A stretch of 62,881 nt of DNA, the filler included, from Bipalium vagum (taxonomy: Eukaryota), in the NCBI GenBank assembly GCA_037834085.1. It is 3 parts of 3 records of this genome, joined end to end, with 100 filler letters (N's around TTAATTAATTAA, not from the genome) between each part and the next. Parts side by side here need not be neighbours in the genome. Positions count along the whole stretch, not along the records: positions 37,056 to 62,881 come from JBBMKC010172197.1; 2 more parts are not named here. One strand, written 5' to 3'. Below, in pieces: positions 51,627 to 62,881 of the stretch. Position 1 is the stretch's first letter; the number at the start of each line of letters is the position of its first letter. The notes under the pieces were generated by a model. The model saw only the letters and a list, made by a program, of their open reading frames with translations, did no database searches and had not been told where the DNA came from. A program made the translations under genes and the position numbers.

Positions 51627-52435
51627 TGTTATATTGAATTAATTAAATTACAAGTAAAGGAATATATCCCATCATCGGGGTAATAAATTATTTTTTACGA
51701 CTAACTTCAATTAATCGCCTATTGAAGGAATAGCCGTCTCAAAGCTTAGGGACTGGTGATCGTAGATCAATCTCTACTACTATATAAAGAGACGGCTTTT
51801 CCCAGAAAGCCGTCCAGAAAACAAAAAAAGACAAGAGAAGATTATTTTCAAGACAGTCGTTACAGTTTCCAAAGGAGAAGATTATCATTTTTTCGGTAAT
51901 TTTTAATTATTTCCATTTATGATGACGCATTTACCAAGGGGACCCAGTGAGTTTGGGTAATCCTTAGGTGACCTGAAAACGACATGAAAATTTTGTTACT
52001 CTTGTCGCTCCTGGTGAGGTTGTTATTGATTTCTTTTTATTTTCTTTTTGTAATTTTTAATTATCATTTGTTTTATTCTCATAAATTGTTTCATTATTAT
52101 ATTATATTCATGTAGTGATCATTTAATATTAAGGAAAGTTGATTTATTGTTATATTTTTATTAGCATTGGATCAGTGGATAACGTGATTTCTAGACACTT
52201 GATTATTTACCGAAATGAGATTTTTGTGTGATTTGTTTTTGCGATTCAATGAAGTTTTACCGTGATTGTTTTGATTCAATTTGCTGTGCGAATAAGGTTT
52301 TATTGTTGGGGTTTTGATTCATTTGAGCTTAAATTTGTGTAATTGTAAAAGTGAAGCGAGCACAACATTAGAAGGTGAGGAGAAATTATTTTCGAGAGAA
52401 AGTTACTTGTTTCAGTTTAAAGTATAATAGTAACA
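51627..52435 (+). mobile_element. Putative solo LTR, distantly related to the 53093 LTR
   Basis: TGTTA...TAACA ends and TATATAAA at 51781. 3' motifs TTTTGATTCATTT...AAAAGTGAAG and ATAATAGTAACA are shared with 53093-53865. No matching TSD, so the 5' end is uncertain. Confidence 0.55.
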
Positions 52436-53092
52436 AAATATTAAATATATAATAATAATAATAAAATATAAAAATAAATTTCACTTTTTACATATCTTTA
52501 AAAATTACGATAATGCTATCTCTTAGTTAATTTTAACCCAAAGGTTTTCTTATAAGAAAATTCTACCATTTATATTAACTTATCTTATTAATTTCTTTTA
52601 TTCACATTTTTAAACCAATAATCCCATATTTGGGAAAAAATACACACAATGAAACTTACATTTTTTGGTTATAAATTAACATTGAATACGAATTTTTTAT
52701 AAAATAGGCCCGTTTTCAATGACTCATTAATATTTGTGTAATAGTTACCTACCGAGCAGTTGGATCTTGAAGCTAATATTGCTGAGGGGTTAAGTGAAAG
52801 TAAAACAAGTATAACATAACATTTGAGTCTTAGAGATCAATAATAATGTTTTTCTTGATGTTTTTAGACTGCTTTCAAATTATTTTTTTCAAATTTCATG
52901 TCCTGTAACTTACATTTTAAAACTTGATCAAGCTTAGGAATATTTTTTCGTGTTAATAGTTATTATAGTTTAAATTTTAATTATCATATCATTTATAATA
53001 TTATAATAAATAATAATGTGAAGAGAAAATGTTTTTTTATCAATATCACATTCTGAAGATTTCTGCCATACTATTTTTACAAATATTACAAG

Positions 53093-53865
53093 TGTTGGGT
53101 TAGCCAAGGATACATCCCTGTTAACCCTTGTAAACATTATATGTTAAAGACCACAAAAGGTCTATAATATTTATAATTATTATAAATTAATTATTAAGTC
53201 CGTAAAGGGTCAGAAGTAAAATAATAATTAATTAAAAAGTGCAAAAATGATCTAATCTTGATAATGGCGAAGCTAAATTGCCAAGATTAGATCAGGGTCC
53301 GCAAGGAGGGACCGATTTAGAATTGAAGAGCTAAAAAGGGAATTGAGATTCCCCATTGATAAAACTGGTCTACGTATTTAGAGTTAGAATCCGCAGTGGA
53401 TGGCCGCAAAATTCTTCGAAGGAAAACACATCAGAAGAAATTACTGCAAAACCATTGGAGAGAGCTACGTCAGAAGAAGTTTAGATTTTACTTGGTAAAA
53501 TAAATCTTTATGGCCTCTATGCGACAGGAGCTTACGACGGGGTTTCAGAGCGAACCAAATTGGGCTCAGCAAACCACCCTTTAAAACCTGTCGTCGACAG
53601 ATCGGTGAGAGGATTATTATTTATCTTTGTTTTTATATTTTTGTTTTAAATTAATTTTTAATTAAAAAATTTGAATAAAATTTTGAATTTATAGTATTTG
53701 ATTATTTATTGATTCTTATTTTCTTTAGTTTGATTTTGTAGAGTTATTTAATTGTAGTTGTTTTGATTCATTTATTTGCGTTCAGGTTTTGACAAAAGTG
53801 AAGGGGTCAGTAAACTTTACGATCTAGTGTTACGACAACGTTCATAGTAAAATAATAGCGTAACA
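53093..53865 (+). mobile_element. Solo LTR (773 bp), Gypsy-type
   Basis: TGTT...AACA termini flanked by an exact 4-bp duplication CAAG (53089-53092 and 53866-53869). No internal coding region; related ends at 17593 and 62665. Confidence 0.9.
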
Positions 53866-54219
53866 CAAGTTGCTTATATATAAATTTGTTAATTTATTGA
53901 TGTCCTTTTTTCTTTAAAATTTTGCTTAATCTAAATATGATAAGATTGTTTCTATCTTCACCGAACTATTTAGATTTTTTAAAAAATAAAATAACTTTGA
54001 TTTTGTTCTGATGAAAAATAAATATTGATTAATAAGTCGTAATATTTTAAGACATTTATAAAACATAAATACTTTTATTTATTTATTTTGAAAATCAAGA
54101 TAACTTAATTTCAGAGTATTTAAGTTAATTATTTTACCTCAAATAAAACTTTATTTTTAGTTACCTTAAATAAATTGAAATCAACATTTTTAATAACATT
54201 AAATATATTTTCAAATACT

Positions 54220-54234
54220 GTTGTCATTGACAAC
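54220..54234. promoter_or_regulatory. RFX X-box candidate
   Basis: Palindrome GTTGTC-ATT-GACAAC, 30 bp upstream of the DRC7 ATG; resembles the GTTGCCATGGCAAC RFX site of ciliary genes. Confidence 0.65.
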
Positions 54235-54263
54235 TACCTGAAGAACATTCAAAATATTAAATA

Positions 54264-57044
54264 ATGGAATCTGAAGAAAATGAACAGATTGATTTTGAAT
54301 TAGGGGATGAATATTCGAAATCAAATGATCAAAATGAAAATATTGATAATTTAATGGATAATAACCTAAATGCTGAAGAACCAACGGATGATTTCAGTCT
54401 AAACGATGCAACAGACAAAACTCAGACAGATATAAATAATGTTCAAACAACTGATGAGACGCCCAGATCAGAACCAGGATCAGACAGATCAAGAGTAGTT
54501 GTTGAAAATCGCGTAGACATCATTAATGACCATGAATCAATAAAAAATGAAGAACTGGACGAAGAAACCTTACTGAAATTAGAATCAGATCCATCATATG
54601 TACCGGGTGATTTTCCAACGCTACCCTCACAATTTAATGAAGAAGATTTTCCTTTATCATATAAAGAAAATTCTTTAAAAGAGGAGCTTTGTTTAGAATT
54701 TGTAGATAATTTCAAAAGACAATATCGTCATCTTTATGGAGACAGAAAACCCCTTTATATCAAACCGAAAAACGAATGTAATATTGAAAAATTTGTTTGT
54801 ACATCAATTAATCCTACAAAACTACCATACCCAGAAGTTTATTACTGGGAAGGAGCTGCAAAATTTGTGGCTGAATTTTTGACCTTGGTTCCAATAGTTC
54901 CCTGTACAGAAGTGCCAAGTAGACTCATTTCGCCTATGACAGCTCTTAAGTTACAACGTGGTACATGTTTTGAATACTCGACATTTCTATGTAGTCTTTT
55001 ACTTGGTGTTGGATACAATGCATATGTAGTTAGCGGTTATGCAACAAAAGAAGTTTGCTTTATGAATCAATCCAGACGTCCTTGTTCGAATTCTCAAATT
55101 GAAAATGAAAAAAAAGAAAATCATGTTGAAAATAACAAAAACAGATATACAATTCGACCTCCAAAAGATTTGCGCAGTAAATTCGAATTGGAACAGATCG
55201 CAAAAAAAGAAAAACAAGCTGAAAATGAAAGATTAAAACAACAGAAAATGTTAGAAGAGCAAGAAAATCTGTTAGAACAGCCCAGGCATGATCCATTATT
55301 TGGGCAGAGGGTTCATTCTTGGGTTCTGATATTAGCTGGTAAAAGAGAAATTGGTGAAACTTTCTTTATTGAACCTTTAACGGGAAAAGCATGCGGCGTT
55401 ACTTGTAAGGATTATCTCGGTATTGAAAGTTTATGGAATCATAAAAATTATTGGGTTAATATGCAACTTGGGATAGGCGGTGTTGGACAAATTAATTTTG
55501 ATTTGAACAACTCCCTATTATGGGAATATCTTTTACCGGGACAGGAATCAGTGTCAATAATTCCACCCATTGGATTGGACGAGAGTTATGAGCCTACAGA
55601 TGAGGAACAAGAAAATTCCGATATTCCACAAAAATATTTTGATCTTCCTAGATCTTGGACAATGCCGATTCAAATTAATCTCAAGGATTTTCAACAACGA
55701 AGTCTTGAAGGAAAAAAGGAAACAATTTATCGTAAAGCGAAATTAGAAACATATTCTGTTTATCAAAATGTAGATGGTTTAATGACTCGTTGTAAAAGGT
55801 ACGAAGACATAATGCTCAATAAAAACATAGAAACTGAGGAGCATTTTCAAAATAGAAATGACAAATTAATCCGGCGTGTAATAAATCCCGTATCAGGAAT
55901 GATTTTCGAATATTTTGAAAAGGGAAAAAAGTCAAGACTTGCTGAACATCATTATTACATGCATAATATGCAAGAGCATTCAAGAACAATGAAGTTTTAT
56001 CATGACGCTCGAGTGGACCATTTGATGGAAATTGAAAATTCCGAAAACAAATTGATAACGAGATATTGTAATAGGGAAGATTTTTTAATCAAACGAACAA
56101 CGTTATTTGGTAAAATCGAAAAAAAATTCGGTCCTGCTAATTCTCGAGAATATCGTCGACCTTTTGAAACTATCATCGAAGCCTACTCTAGAAATCCGGC
56201 CATTCCAGCGCATAAAGATATTCATGAGGTCGTTTTTCACATAAGTGAAGATAGGATATCTGTAGCTTTTCACACAGCCGATGAGAATATTGCTGGCGAC
56301 ACAGTAGAATTCCTGAAGAGTAATCTGTCTTCGGAATATAGAAAAGAAAATGCCATCCAGCTTATTAAAGATTCATATACTTACTTTCAAATCGATGCGT
56401 TTCGACCAAAATTAACTGAAGTAGAAATATATGAATATTATAATTATTTGATTGAAAAAGAAAATGGTTCCAAGGAAGGAATCAGAGAAGAAGAAAAGGA
56501 AATGATAGAAATCTTAAAATTAAGAGACAAAGAAAATATAGAGAATAAGTTAGATATATCTTTATTTGACAGAGTCAGAAATGAGGCTGCACATAAAACA
56601 AGACTAAATTTAGAAAAGACAATGGAAGAGAAAAAACTAATAACCAAGGACGTTGAATTGGATTATCTCGAGCCATTTTTATTACAAATGAACATTAATT
56701 TAGAAGATGAAATTACGAAAGAAAATGCAATTAAACTGTATACTAAGTGTCTGCAGGATTTTAAAGAGCGACTGATAAATAAAGCCAATCTATTACAGGC
56801 CAGGTTTGAGAAAGAGACTGGCCTGTTACAAGAAAAACAGCAATGGTATCAACAAAACCAAAATGTGATGCAAAAGCAAGACGAAGAAGAATATCTTCAA
56901 TTTTGCAATGAAGCTACATTTAGAATCAATACTCTCGAAAAAATGTTGGCAAGGCATAAACAAATTAGCAAATACAAAGAATCAGATTTGGATAAGAAAA
57001 TGAGAAACGATAAAAGAATCGGACGGTTTCTAAATTTAAAATAA
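54264..57044 (+). CDS. DRC7: Dynein regulatory complex subunit 7 (CCDC135/lobo), 926 aa, intronless
   Basis: Conserved blocks FPLSYKENSLKEE...NFKRQYRHLYGDRKPL-PKNEC-EKFVCT, transglutaminase-like QRGTCFEYSTFLCSLLLGVGYNAYVVSGYA, RVHSWVL-GKREI-ETFFIEPLTG, YLGIESLWNHKNYWVNMQ, and C-terminal DYLEPFL...CLQDFKERLINKANLLQARFEKET...FRINTLE. Confidence 0.95.
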   Translation: MESEENEQIDFELGDEYSKSNDQNENIDNLMDNNLNAEEPTDDFSLNDATDKTQTDINNVQTTDETPRSEPGSDRSRVVVENRVDIINDHESIKNEELDEETLLKLESDPSYVPGDFPTLPSQFNEEDFPLSYKENSLKEELCLEFVDNFKRQYRHLYGDRKPLYIKPKNECNIEKFVCTSINPTKLPYPEVYYWEGAAKFVAEFLTLVPIVPCTEVPSRLISPMTALKLQRGTCFEYSTFLCSLLLGVGYNAYVVSGYATKEVCFMNQSRRPCSNSQIENEKKENHVENNKNRYTIRPPKDLRSKFELEQIAKKEKQAENERLKQQKMLEEQENLLEQPRHDPLFGQRVHSWVLILAGKREIGETFFIEPLTGKACGVTCKDYLGIESLWNHKNYWVNMQLGIGGVGQINFDLNNSLLWEYLLPGQESVSIIPPIGLDESYEPTDEEQENSDIPQKYFDLPRSWTMPIQINLKDFQQRSLEGKKETIYRKAKLETYSVYQNVDGLMTRCKRYEDIMLNKNIETEEHFQNRNDKLIRRVINPVSGMIFEYFEKGKKSRLAEHHYYMHNMQEHSRTMKFYHDARVDHLMEIENSENKLITRYCNREDFLIKRTTLFGKIEKKFGPANSREYRRPFETIIEAYSRNPAIPAHKDIHEVVFHISEDRISVAFHTADENIAGDTVEFLKSNLSSEYRKENAIQLIKDSYTYFQIDAFRPKLTEVEIYEYYNYLIEKENGSKEGIREEEKEMIEILKLRDKENIENKLDISLFDRVRNEAAHKTRLNLEKTMEEKKLITKDVELDYLEPFLLQMNINLEDEITKENAIKLYTKCLQDFKERLINKANLLQARFEKETGLLQEKQQWYQQNQNVMQKQDEEEYLQFCNEATFRINTLEKMLARHKQISKYKESDLDKKMRNDKRIGRFLNLK

Positions 57045-57725
57045 AATTATTGTTTACATAAATAATTTATTTTTATTTTAGTTTATTTTTAGTGAACAAT
57101 TAAATCAAAGATAATAATAAAAGAAAATAGATTGTAATAATTATTTATAATTTTAATGATTAATTATTTTCATATGAAAGGAAAATATTTTCCGTGCTTT
57201 AATATTGATTATTAATTTCAGAATTAAGGCTTAGTCTAAAATTATTTAAATTTCAACTGCAAACATTTTTTAATATTTTAATTTTGCGTTTTTATTTCCT
57301 GTTAAAACAATCTTTTACATGTGTATTAAGACTTAAAATTTATCAGAATGAAAATCAATTATTGATTATCTGATTTTTTAAAAATATCGTTTTTGGTTTG
57401 ATATCAGTTTTAGAGAGCAAAAAAATTTTCAATGAAATTCTATATGTCTTCTAGTCATTAAATTGTATTATTAATATTATTTCTTTTTTTATTAGAGTTA
57501 AAAGGGTAGGATATCAGAATATTGATAGATCTCACTTCCATCAAATCTCAAACCAATAAAAAATAAAAATTCATCTATTCAATCTAAAAGGTTACTAGAG
57601 TAACAAAAATAAAAAATATTTATTTAAAACAGTTGTACTGAGGTCATATGTTTTCTCTACCTTGTATTTTATAAACATAATTATCAATTGTTTTCATTCT
57701 TTAAAGCATTACCAATAAAAAATAA

Positions 57726-57911
57726 CTAATTTTGAAGGAACTTCATCAATCCAAAAATAGCATAATCTCGATTTCGCCACAATATTAAATTGGAGGATCC
57801 ATCATTTGTAAGCATCCCTATTTCTTCTAAGTTAATAAAATGGTTTTGTGACTTTATTCCATATTTTAATTCAAGAAAGCATAAAATTGGCTGAGAATCT
57901 TTATCGGATTT
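57726..57911 (-). CDS. WDR41: WDR41-like, terminal exon
   Basis: Acceptor TTTTCAG| at 57912; phase-0 KSDKDSQPILCFLEL...EEIGMLTNDGSSNLILWRNRDY...QN* matches the recalled WDR41 end (HGLVTCSADHLIILWKNGE). Not in the ORF track. Confidence 0.75.
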   Translation of the reverse strand, partial: KSDKDSQPILCFLELKYGIKSQNHFINLEEIGMLTNDGSSNLILWRNRDYAIFGLMKFLQN

Positions 57912-58790
57912 CTGAAAAAAAGATTTTTATACAATGTTTACATAGTATGAAAAATATCAAGAGATTATCTGAAATTATTAATTTAAGTTGAGTAACATTT
58001 TTAAAAAGTTACAGATTTAATGTTTTCAAGATATTCAAATGATACAAAATGTTTAATAGGGAAAACTTCGAACATGGGCAAAGGTCTTCTAGAGAAATAA
58101 TGTAGTGGTTAGTAAAGTTAACAAAGAATTAAGTTAACAAAAACGGAACATCGTAGGTCTCATTTCAATATCATCATGTTTCTGCAAACAATTTTAAAAG
58201 AACCTTTTGGTTGAGTCGAATATTTTCGATGCCATAGTAAAGTTTTGCCATCGAAAACAGTTTTGATCTGCTGAAGCTGTCAACAAGATATATTACTTGA
58301 AATTCGGGCGTTAAATTAAGAGAAAATAAAAATAACCGTTCAGAATTGTAGAATAATAAGTAATTCATAGATATCAAAATAATAATGTCTCTGATCATAA
58401 AATAATATATTTTGTTTTTTTGACAAAATATAAATCATTCATAATTCTTCTTGCCCCACCAAAGGAATTATTACAGAATGGTTGAGATGTTTAACCATAT
58501 CCACTCTATAATCATATAATGTCACTAAGGGATTATACTTTCGTTATTTAAGTAAATATAAATTTTCAAGTATTGAAATAAACCTCAAGGACTGATTCTA
58601 TTTTCGGAAAATATAAAACTAAGGTGCTTATCGAAAGAATTTTTAATTAATTTCTCTTACAGGTCTTGAAATAAGATTTGTATTTATTGATAAATATTTA
58701 TTAATTTATATTATAAAAGATATTAAAATATCAGATTTCAATATTATATGAAATCAATAGTATTAATATTGGTCATATTAAAATAGTTAC

Positions 58791-59033
58791 TTCAAAGGAT
58801 TTTCCAAGAAATACTCTTTCATCGACACTTCTAGAACTGCTCAAGGTAAAATTCAAAGTTGAATTTGTTTTCGACATTTGTGAGGTGGTTCGAAATCTTG
58901 AAAAATCATTTCGAATAAATGAGGATTGAAATGCCCAAAACCTAGAAACCCCATCCTCGGAAATAGTTATCAACATTGATAACCAGTTGCAATAAGTAAG
59001 CCCAATAATCTTGCTATCATGAGCATCTGAAAT
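58791..59033 (-). CDS. WDR41: WDR41-like, exon 2
   Basis: Acceptor GTACAG| at 59034; ISDAHDSKIIGL...LITISEDGVSRFW (cf. TAHDSNVLHV...LISCSEDGSVRIW). Donor GAA|GTAACT at 58791 (alternative 58815, same phase). Confidence 0.78.
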
Positions 59034-60582
59034 CTGTACAATGATATCATATAACAATTATTATGAACAATAGGTGTGATTTAAATGGTGGTGAAGTATT
59101 AAAAGAAATTTGCAAAATTAATATTTTAAATTTTTATTCAGTGAAAATTGAAAAAATCACTTAGCTTGACATGTATCATGCATATGCATCGAAGTCATTC
59201 TCAGAGAACTTTGGAAATGTAACTAAAATAAAAATCTAAAGAATTCGAGAGGCTTTCGAAATGCAACAAAACAAATCCATTCTTGAAACAACTGAAAACT
59301 AAAACCAAAAATTCAATAGTATACTGTAATATCAAAAGAACTGAGGACATGTGAATGAAGACGAAAACTATTATAAAAAAGCTGTCATTTGAGTTGAATT
59401 TATAAGAAATATTAACACAAAATCAAAAAATAAACTCAGTTGTTCACATTTGTAACCTGCTAATTTGGGTACCTGCTTAAGTTGATCCTTTTATTTAAAA
59501 ACAGACAAAAATCAATTTTATTGATATTAAAACAGAATGGACAAAACCTAACTAATTAAAAAGATATCGTTTTTCTCAAAATAAATTTCTGATCTCCTAC
59601 ATATTTTCAGTCATTAATCAAAGGTTAAAACATTCAGACATACTCAGTATACTTAGAGTACCTTAAATTAACCAAATTTTCGATTTGAAACCAACCACTT
59701 ATTATTAACTGCATGTTAGAACTTAATAAAATCATGATCTTAATCGTATTATTGTTAGTACCTGTTTTATTATCATTGAAATATTTGTGGATCATATAAA
59801 TTGTAGATTGATCAATATTGTATTTCAAAAGTGACCCAATACAATTTTTGAAGTGATTCTAGACGTACTATAGCCGAATTCGATATATAATCTTGATTTT
59901 TAACTGTCACTTTACATTTTAAAATAAAATTAACATCAAACACTGGTACAAAACTGCAAGAAAATTTTATAGCAACCACAAAAACCATTTTAATGACCAT
60001 TTCAAATTACACATTGGATTTTGGCCAACTTATTGAAAGGAAAAGACACTCAAAGAAATGGACATTTGGTAATATTAGAATAATTTACAGATCCTTTTTT
60101 AATATTATTTTGGAATTGATAAAAACTGAAAATTAATAACAGAAAATGAAAATCGTCATTTCAATCGATGACTGTTGTTGATCTTTTATTCTTTAAAATG
60201 ATTAATGATTCTATTTATTTTTAATAACAATATTCAATAATAAGGAAATTTTTTCTTCGATCATATCCTAAAACAATCTACCGTATAATCCAGTATATAA
60301 ACCGCAACTAATTTTTTCACAAAATACTAACTTTTTAAAGATAGACCGTGGCTTATGTAAACTCAAGATTTTTAAAGTTACAACTTAAAGTTAAATAATA
60401 ATAAAGGTATCAGTGTCTTTAATAAGAAAAGAGCACTGTTGATTGGTAAAACGATTCCAAAAAAATTTAATATTTTTACCAATCTTCAAAAAACATCAAA
60501 AGATTGAGAATAATAAAAAGAAATTCAATTATTGAATAATATTTTAACTTTACTATATTATAAACAAAAATAGGAAGAATAC

Positions 60583-61470
60583 CTTTGCTAAAATGGACCC
60601 ATTTGTGCAATCAAACACTGCAAGCCCAGAGTTGAAAGTGATTGTCAAATATCTCGAATTGAATATAATACAATGGGTTGATCTTTCATTATTAACATTA
60701 GACTCATCACCCATGGGAAATACTCTAATGGCATTGTAATCATGTCTCTTCCATATTTTTACAGCTTCTGAAGATACTGAAGCTATACAATCCTCATCTA
60801 CTTCTATTAAGTTGAGTATTCTATTTTTATGGAACCGCTGATTTCCATTAATTTTTTTTTCACAAAGTTTGTTTTGATCAATCGATATCTGATGGAAAAA
60901 TAAATTTTTGTCAGAAGCAAAAACAAGGATGTTGTCTTCCGTTATTAGCAAACAATCGATTCTGTCTATGGAATTAGATATGACCATTAAGACATTGAGA
61001 CTTGAACAGTCCAAAATATTTACGCGACCATTGATTAAAATAATGGAATTAATTTCGTATATCAATTTATGAAAGCATTTATTGATAGATTTTATATTAG
61101 TATCATATAATTTACCAATTGTTTGACTGAGACTACAATTCTGGATAAAAATCAATCCGTTTTCACAAACCAGAAATATGGACCAGTTTTCTATACACTC
61201 ATGGTCCTTGGTTGGATCATGTTTATATAATCCACACCAGTCAATAATAGCAAGATGTTTTTTAAAGGAAAACTGATAACAAACTGAGCCCGATTTGATA
61301 TTCCATATCTCAATATTTGTTTGATTTGATAAAATTAGGATAAATATAGATTCAATGCATTCCATGTATCGTATTTTAGACTCTTCGAAAGGACGAGGTA
61401 ACAATATTGGATCCCAAACTACTGGGATTTTACCCAATTGAAATCTCGATTTAGACCATTTATTCTCCAT
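60583..61470 (-). CDS. WDR41: WDR41-like WD40-repeat protein, exon 1
   Basis: ATG at 61470, donor AAG|GTATTC at 60583 (296 codons). IEIWNIKSG, NILVFASDKNL, HKNRILNLIEVDE and SGLAVFD...ILAK align with recalled WDR41 blocks. Spliced product about 438 aa. Confidence 0.78.
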
Positions 61471-62012
61471 TATAAAATAGCCGAAGTATAAATATAAAAA
61501 TAAATTATCATTCTATCAATAATATTTGGAATTTTCTGTCAAAGTCCATTGAGTTTTCATTTCGTGAATAATCGATAGTTTGATATCAGTAATAAATTAT
61601 TTTATTTATTTTATTTTAAAAGTTGATTGTATTTACTATTATTTGGTTCCAATTTAATCTTAAAATAAGAGAAATAATTATTAACAGCATTTCATGAAAT
61701 AAATTAAATTATTGGATTATTATGTTAAAATTTTTATTATAATCTAATATGGAAAAATCAATTTTCTATAATGAACTGTTGAGGCCAATCCACTGGGTTT
61801 TTTTAAAATCTTGAAAAATTTACAAGGGTCCTCCCTTGATTTACAGAAGCTTATATTGATGAAAAAATAAAATCGGATTTGGAATACGTATTGTATGATT
61901 CTAAACATCTTGAATTCATGCAATTTTACAAAGTTCTACCCTTAGTTCATGAAAAATGTATATTTATCTGAATTTCTAAATTTTCTAAAGAAAATCATGT
62001 GAAGATTATCAA

Positions 62013-62636
62013 ATGGTTCAAAGATATTATCTGAATTTTTTGGAAACATTACAAAACTCCAATTTGACAATCATGTTGTTCGTTTTAAAAAAGACCCATC
62101 AACAAATGTCAGAAAAAAGAAACAGGACCCATAAACTAAGTTTTAATGAGAAATGTCAAAATGTAAAGCCTTTGATTTATCATCCGATCGTGTAGGAGAT
62201 ACTGAAAGAAGGTGCTTGAGCCCAAGAGAAATAGTCCAGGAAATAAGAAAAATCCAAGACATCCATTTTTAATATCCTTAAACAATATAAGTTGAAGTGC
62301 TGTAGAAGAATAAAGTGTAATTTCTTCACTTCACCCAAACAAACAATGCGTATAAACAAGTCAGGTGGCCTAGATGACAAATAGATGCTTGGAAGAAAGT
62401 ATGGTTCTCTGGCTCCTTTTCATTACTTATTCCTTTAAATTCTTAAAATGACAGAATTTACAGAGAGGTAAATGTGAAAACTGATATAAATGCAATTTAT
62501 GATATGAAACTTATCTTGCTAGATGTCTGGAATAACATTACACCAGACACACTTCGAAAAGCAACAGAAGTTTGGATTCCACGGTTAGGAAAATGTAAAT
62601 CAGTTCAAGAAAGCCATTCTGAACATAGTATATGAA
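62013..62636 (+). mobile_element. Internally deleted Tc1/maT-like remnant
   Basis: SKTSIFNILK, AWKKVWFS and C-terminal VWNNITPDTLRKATEVWIPRLGKCKSVQESHSEH. Confidence 0.65.
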
Positions 62637-62664
62637 TTTATTTAAATATTATTATTAATAATAT

Positions 62665-62881
62665 TGTTACGATATTAACTCACTATGAACCCTGTCGTAA
62701 CTTTAGCTAGCAAAGTTACTGACCCCTTTACTTAGCCTATACGTGTACGCAAATGAATGAATCAAACAATTATCAACAACACTTTATTAATAAAATAACA
62801 ATACAAGCGAAACGGTTCAAATAATCAGCAAATGTCTGTAATCAAGTGTTTTACACAAAGAGAAAAATCAAATGTTAATAC
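62665..62881 (-). mobile_element. 3' end of an LTR of the 53093 family, running off the window
   Basis: Reverse complement reads ...GATTCATTCATTTGCGT...AAGGGGTCAGTAACTTT...GTTACGACAGGGTTCATAGTG...CGTAACA, co-linear with 53761-53865. Confidence 0.85.

Noticed and set aside
54443-56647. Minus-strand ORFs within DRC7 (and 3766-4008 within the orphan ORF)
   Set aside because: Antisense shadows of coding sequence with no independent motifs.

Overview
Very AT-rich eukaryotic (animal) genomic DNA with (AAT)n microsatellites and spliceosomal introns. The composition and transposon mix are compatible with a flatworm or similar invertebrate, but the taxon cannot be fixed from this window. Two artificial 100-bp linkers (44 N + TTAATTAATTAA + 44 N; 17687-17786 and 36956-37055) divide it into three pieces that may not be contiguous in vivo, and there are two ordinary N gaps. 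The first ~37 kb is mostly decayed transposons: several mariner copies, Tc1/Tc3/IS630-like, rosa/maT-type (DUF4817) and DD37E-like elements, pogo/Tigger, three hAT lineages, Merlin, and one NeSL/R2-type (restriction-like endonuclease) non-LTR retrotransposon. Host genes supported by the sequence are: an intronless DRC7/CCDC135 (54264-57044, +) with an RFX X-box 30 bp upstream; a convergent three-exon WDR41-like gene (-); two spliced exons of a SOL-1-like multi-CUB protein (-); and an intact, unidentified 301-aa ORF (3500-4405, +) that may be a degenerate Ras-fold protein. A Gypsy-type solo LTR with a CAAG target-site duplication lies 400 bp upstream of DRC7, with related copies elsewhere. No rRNA, tRNA or CRISPR array was found. 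No new biological system can be demonstrated from the sequence; the orphan ORF is the best candidate for a novel gene. All family calls are from motif recall, not database searches.
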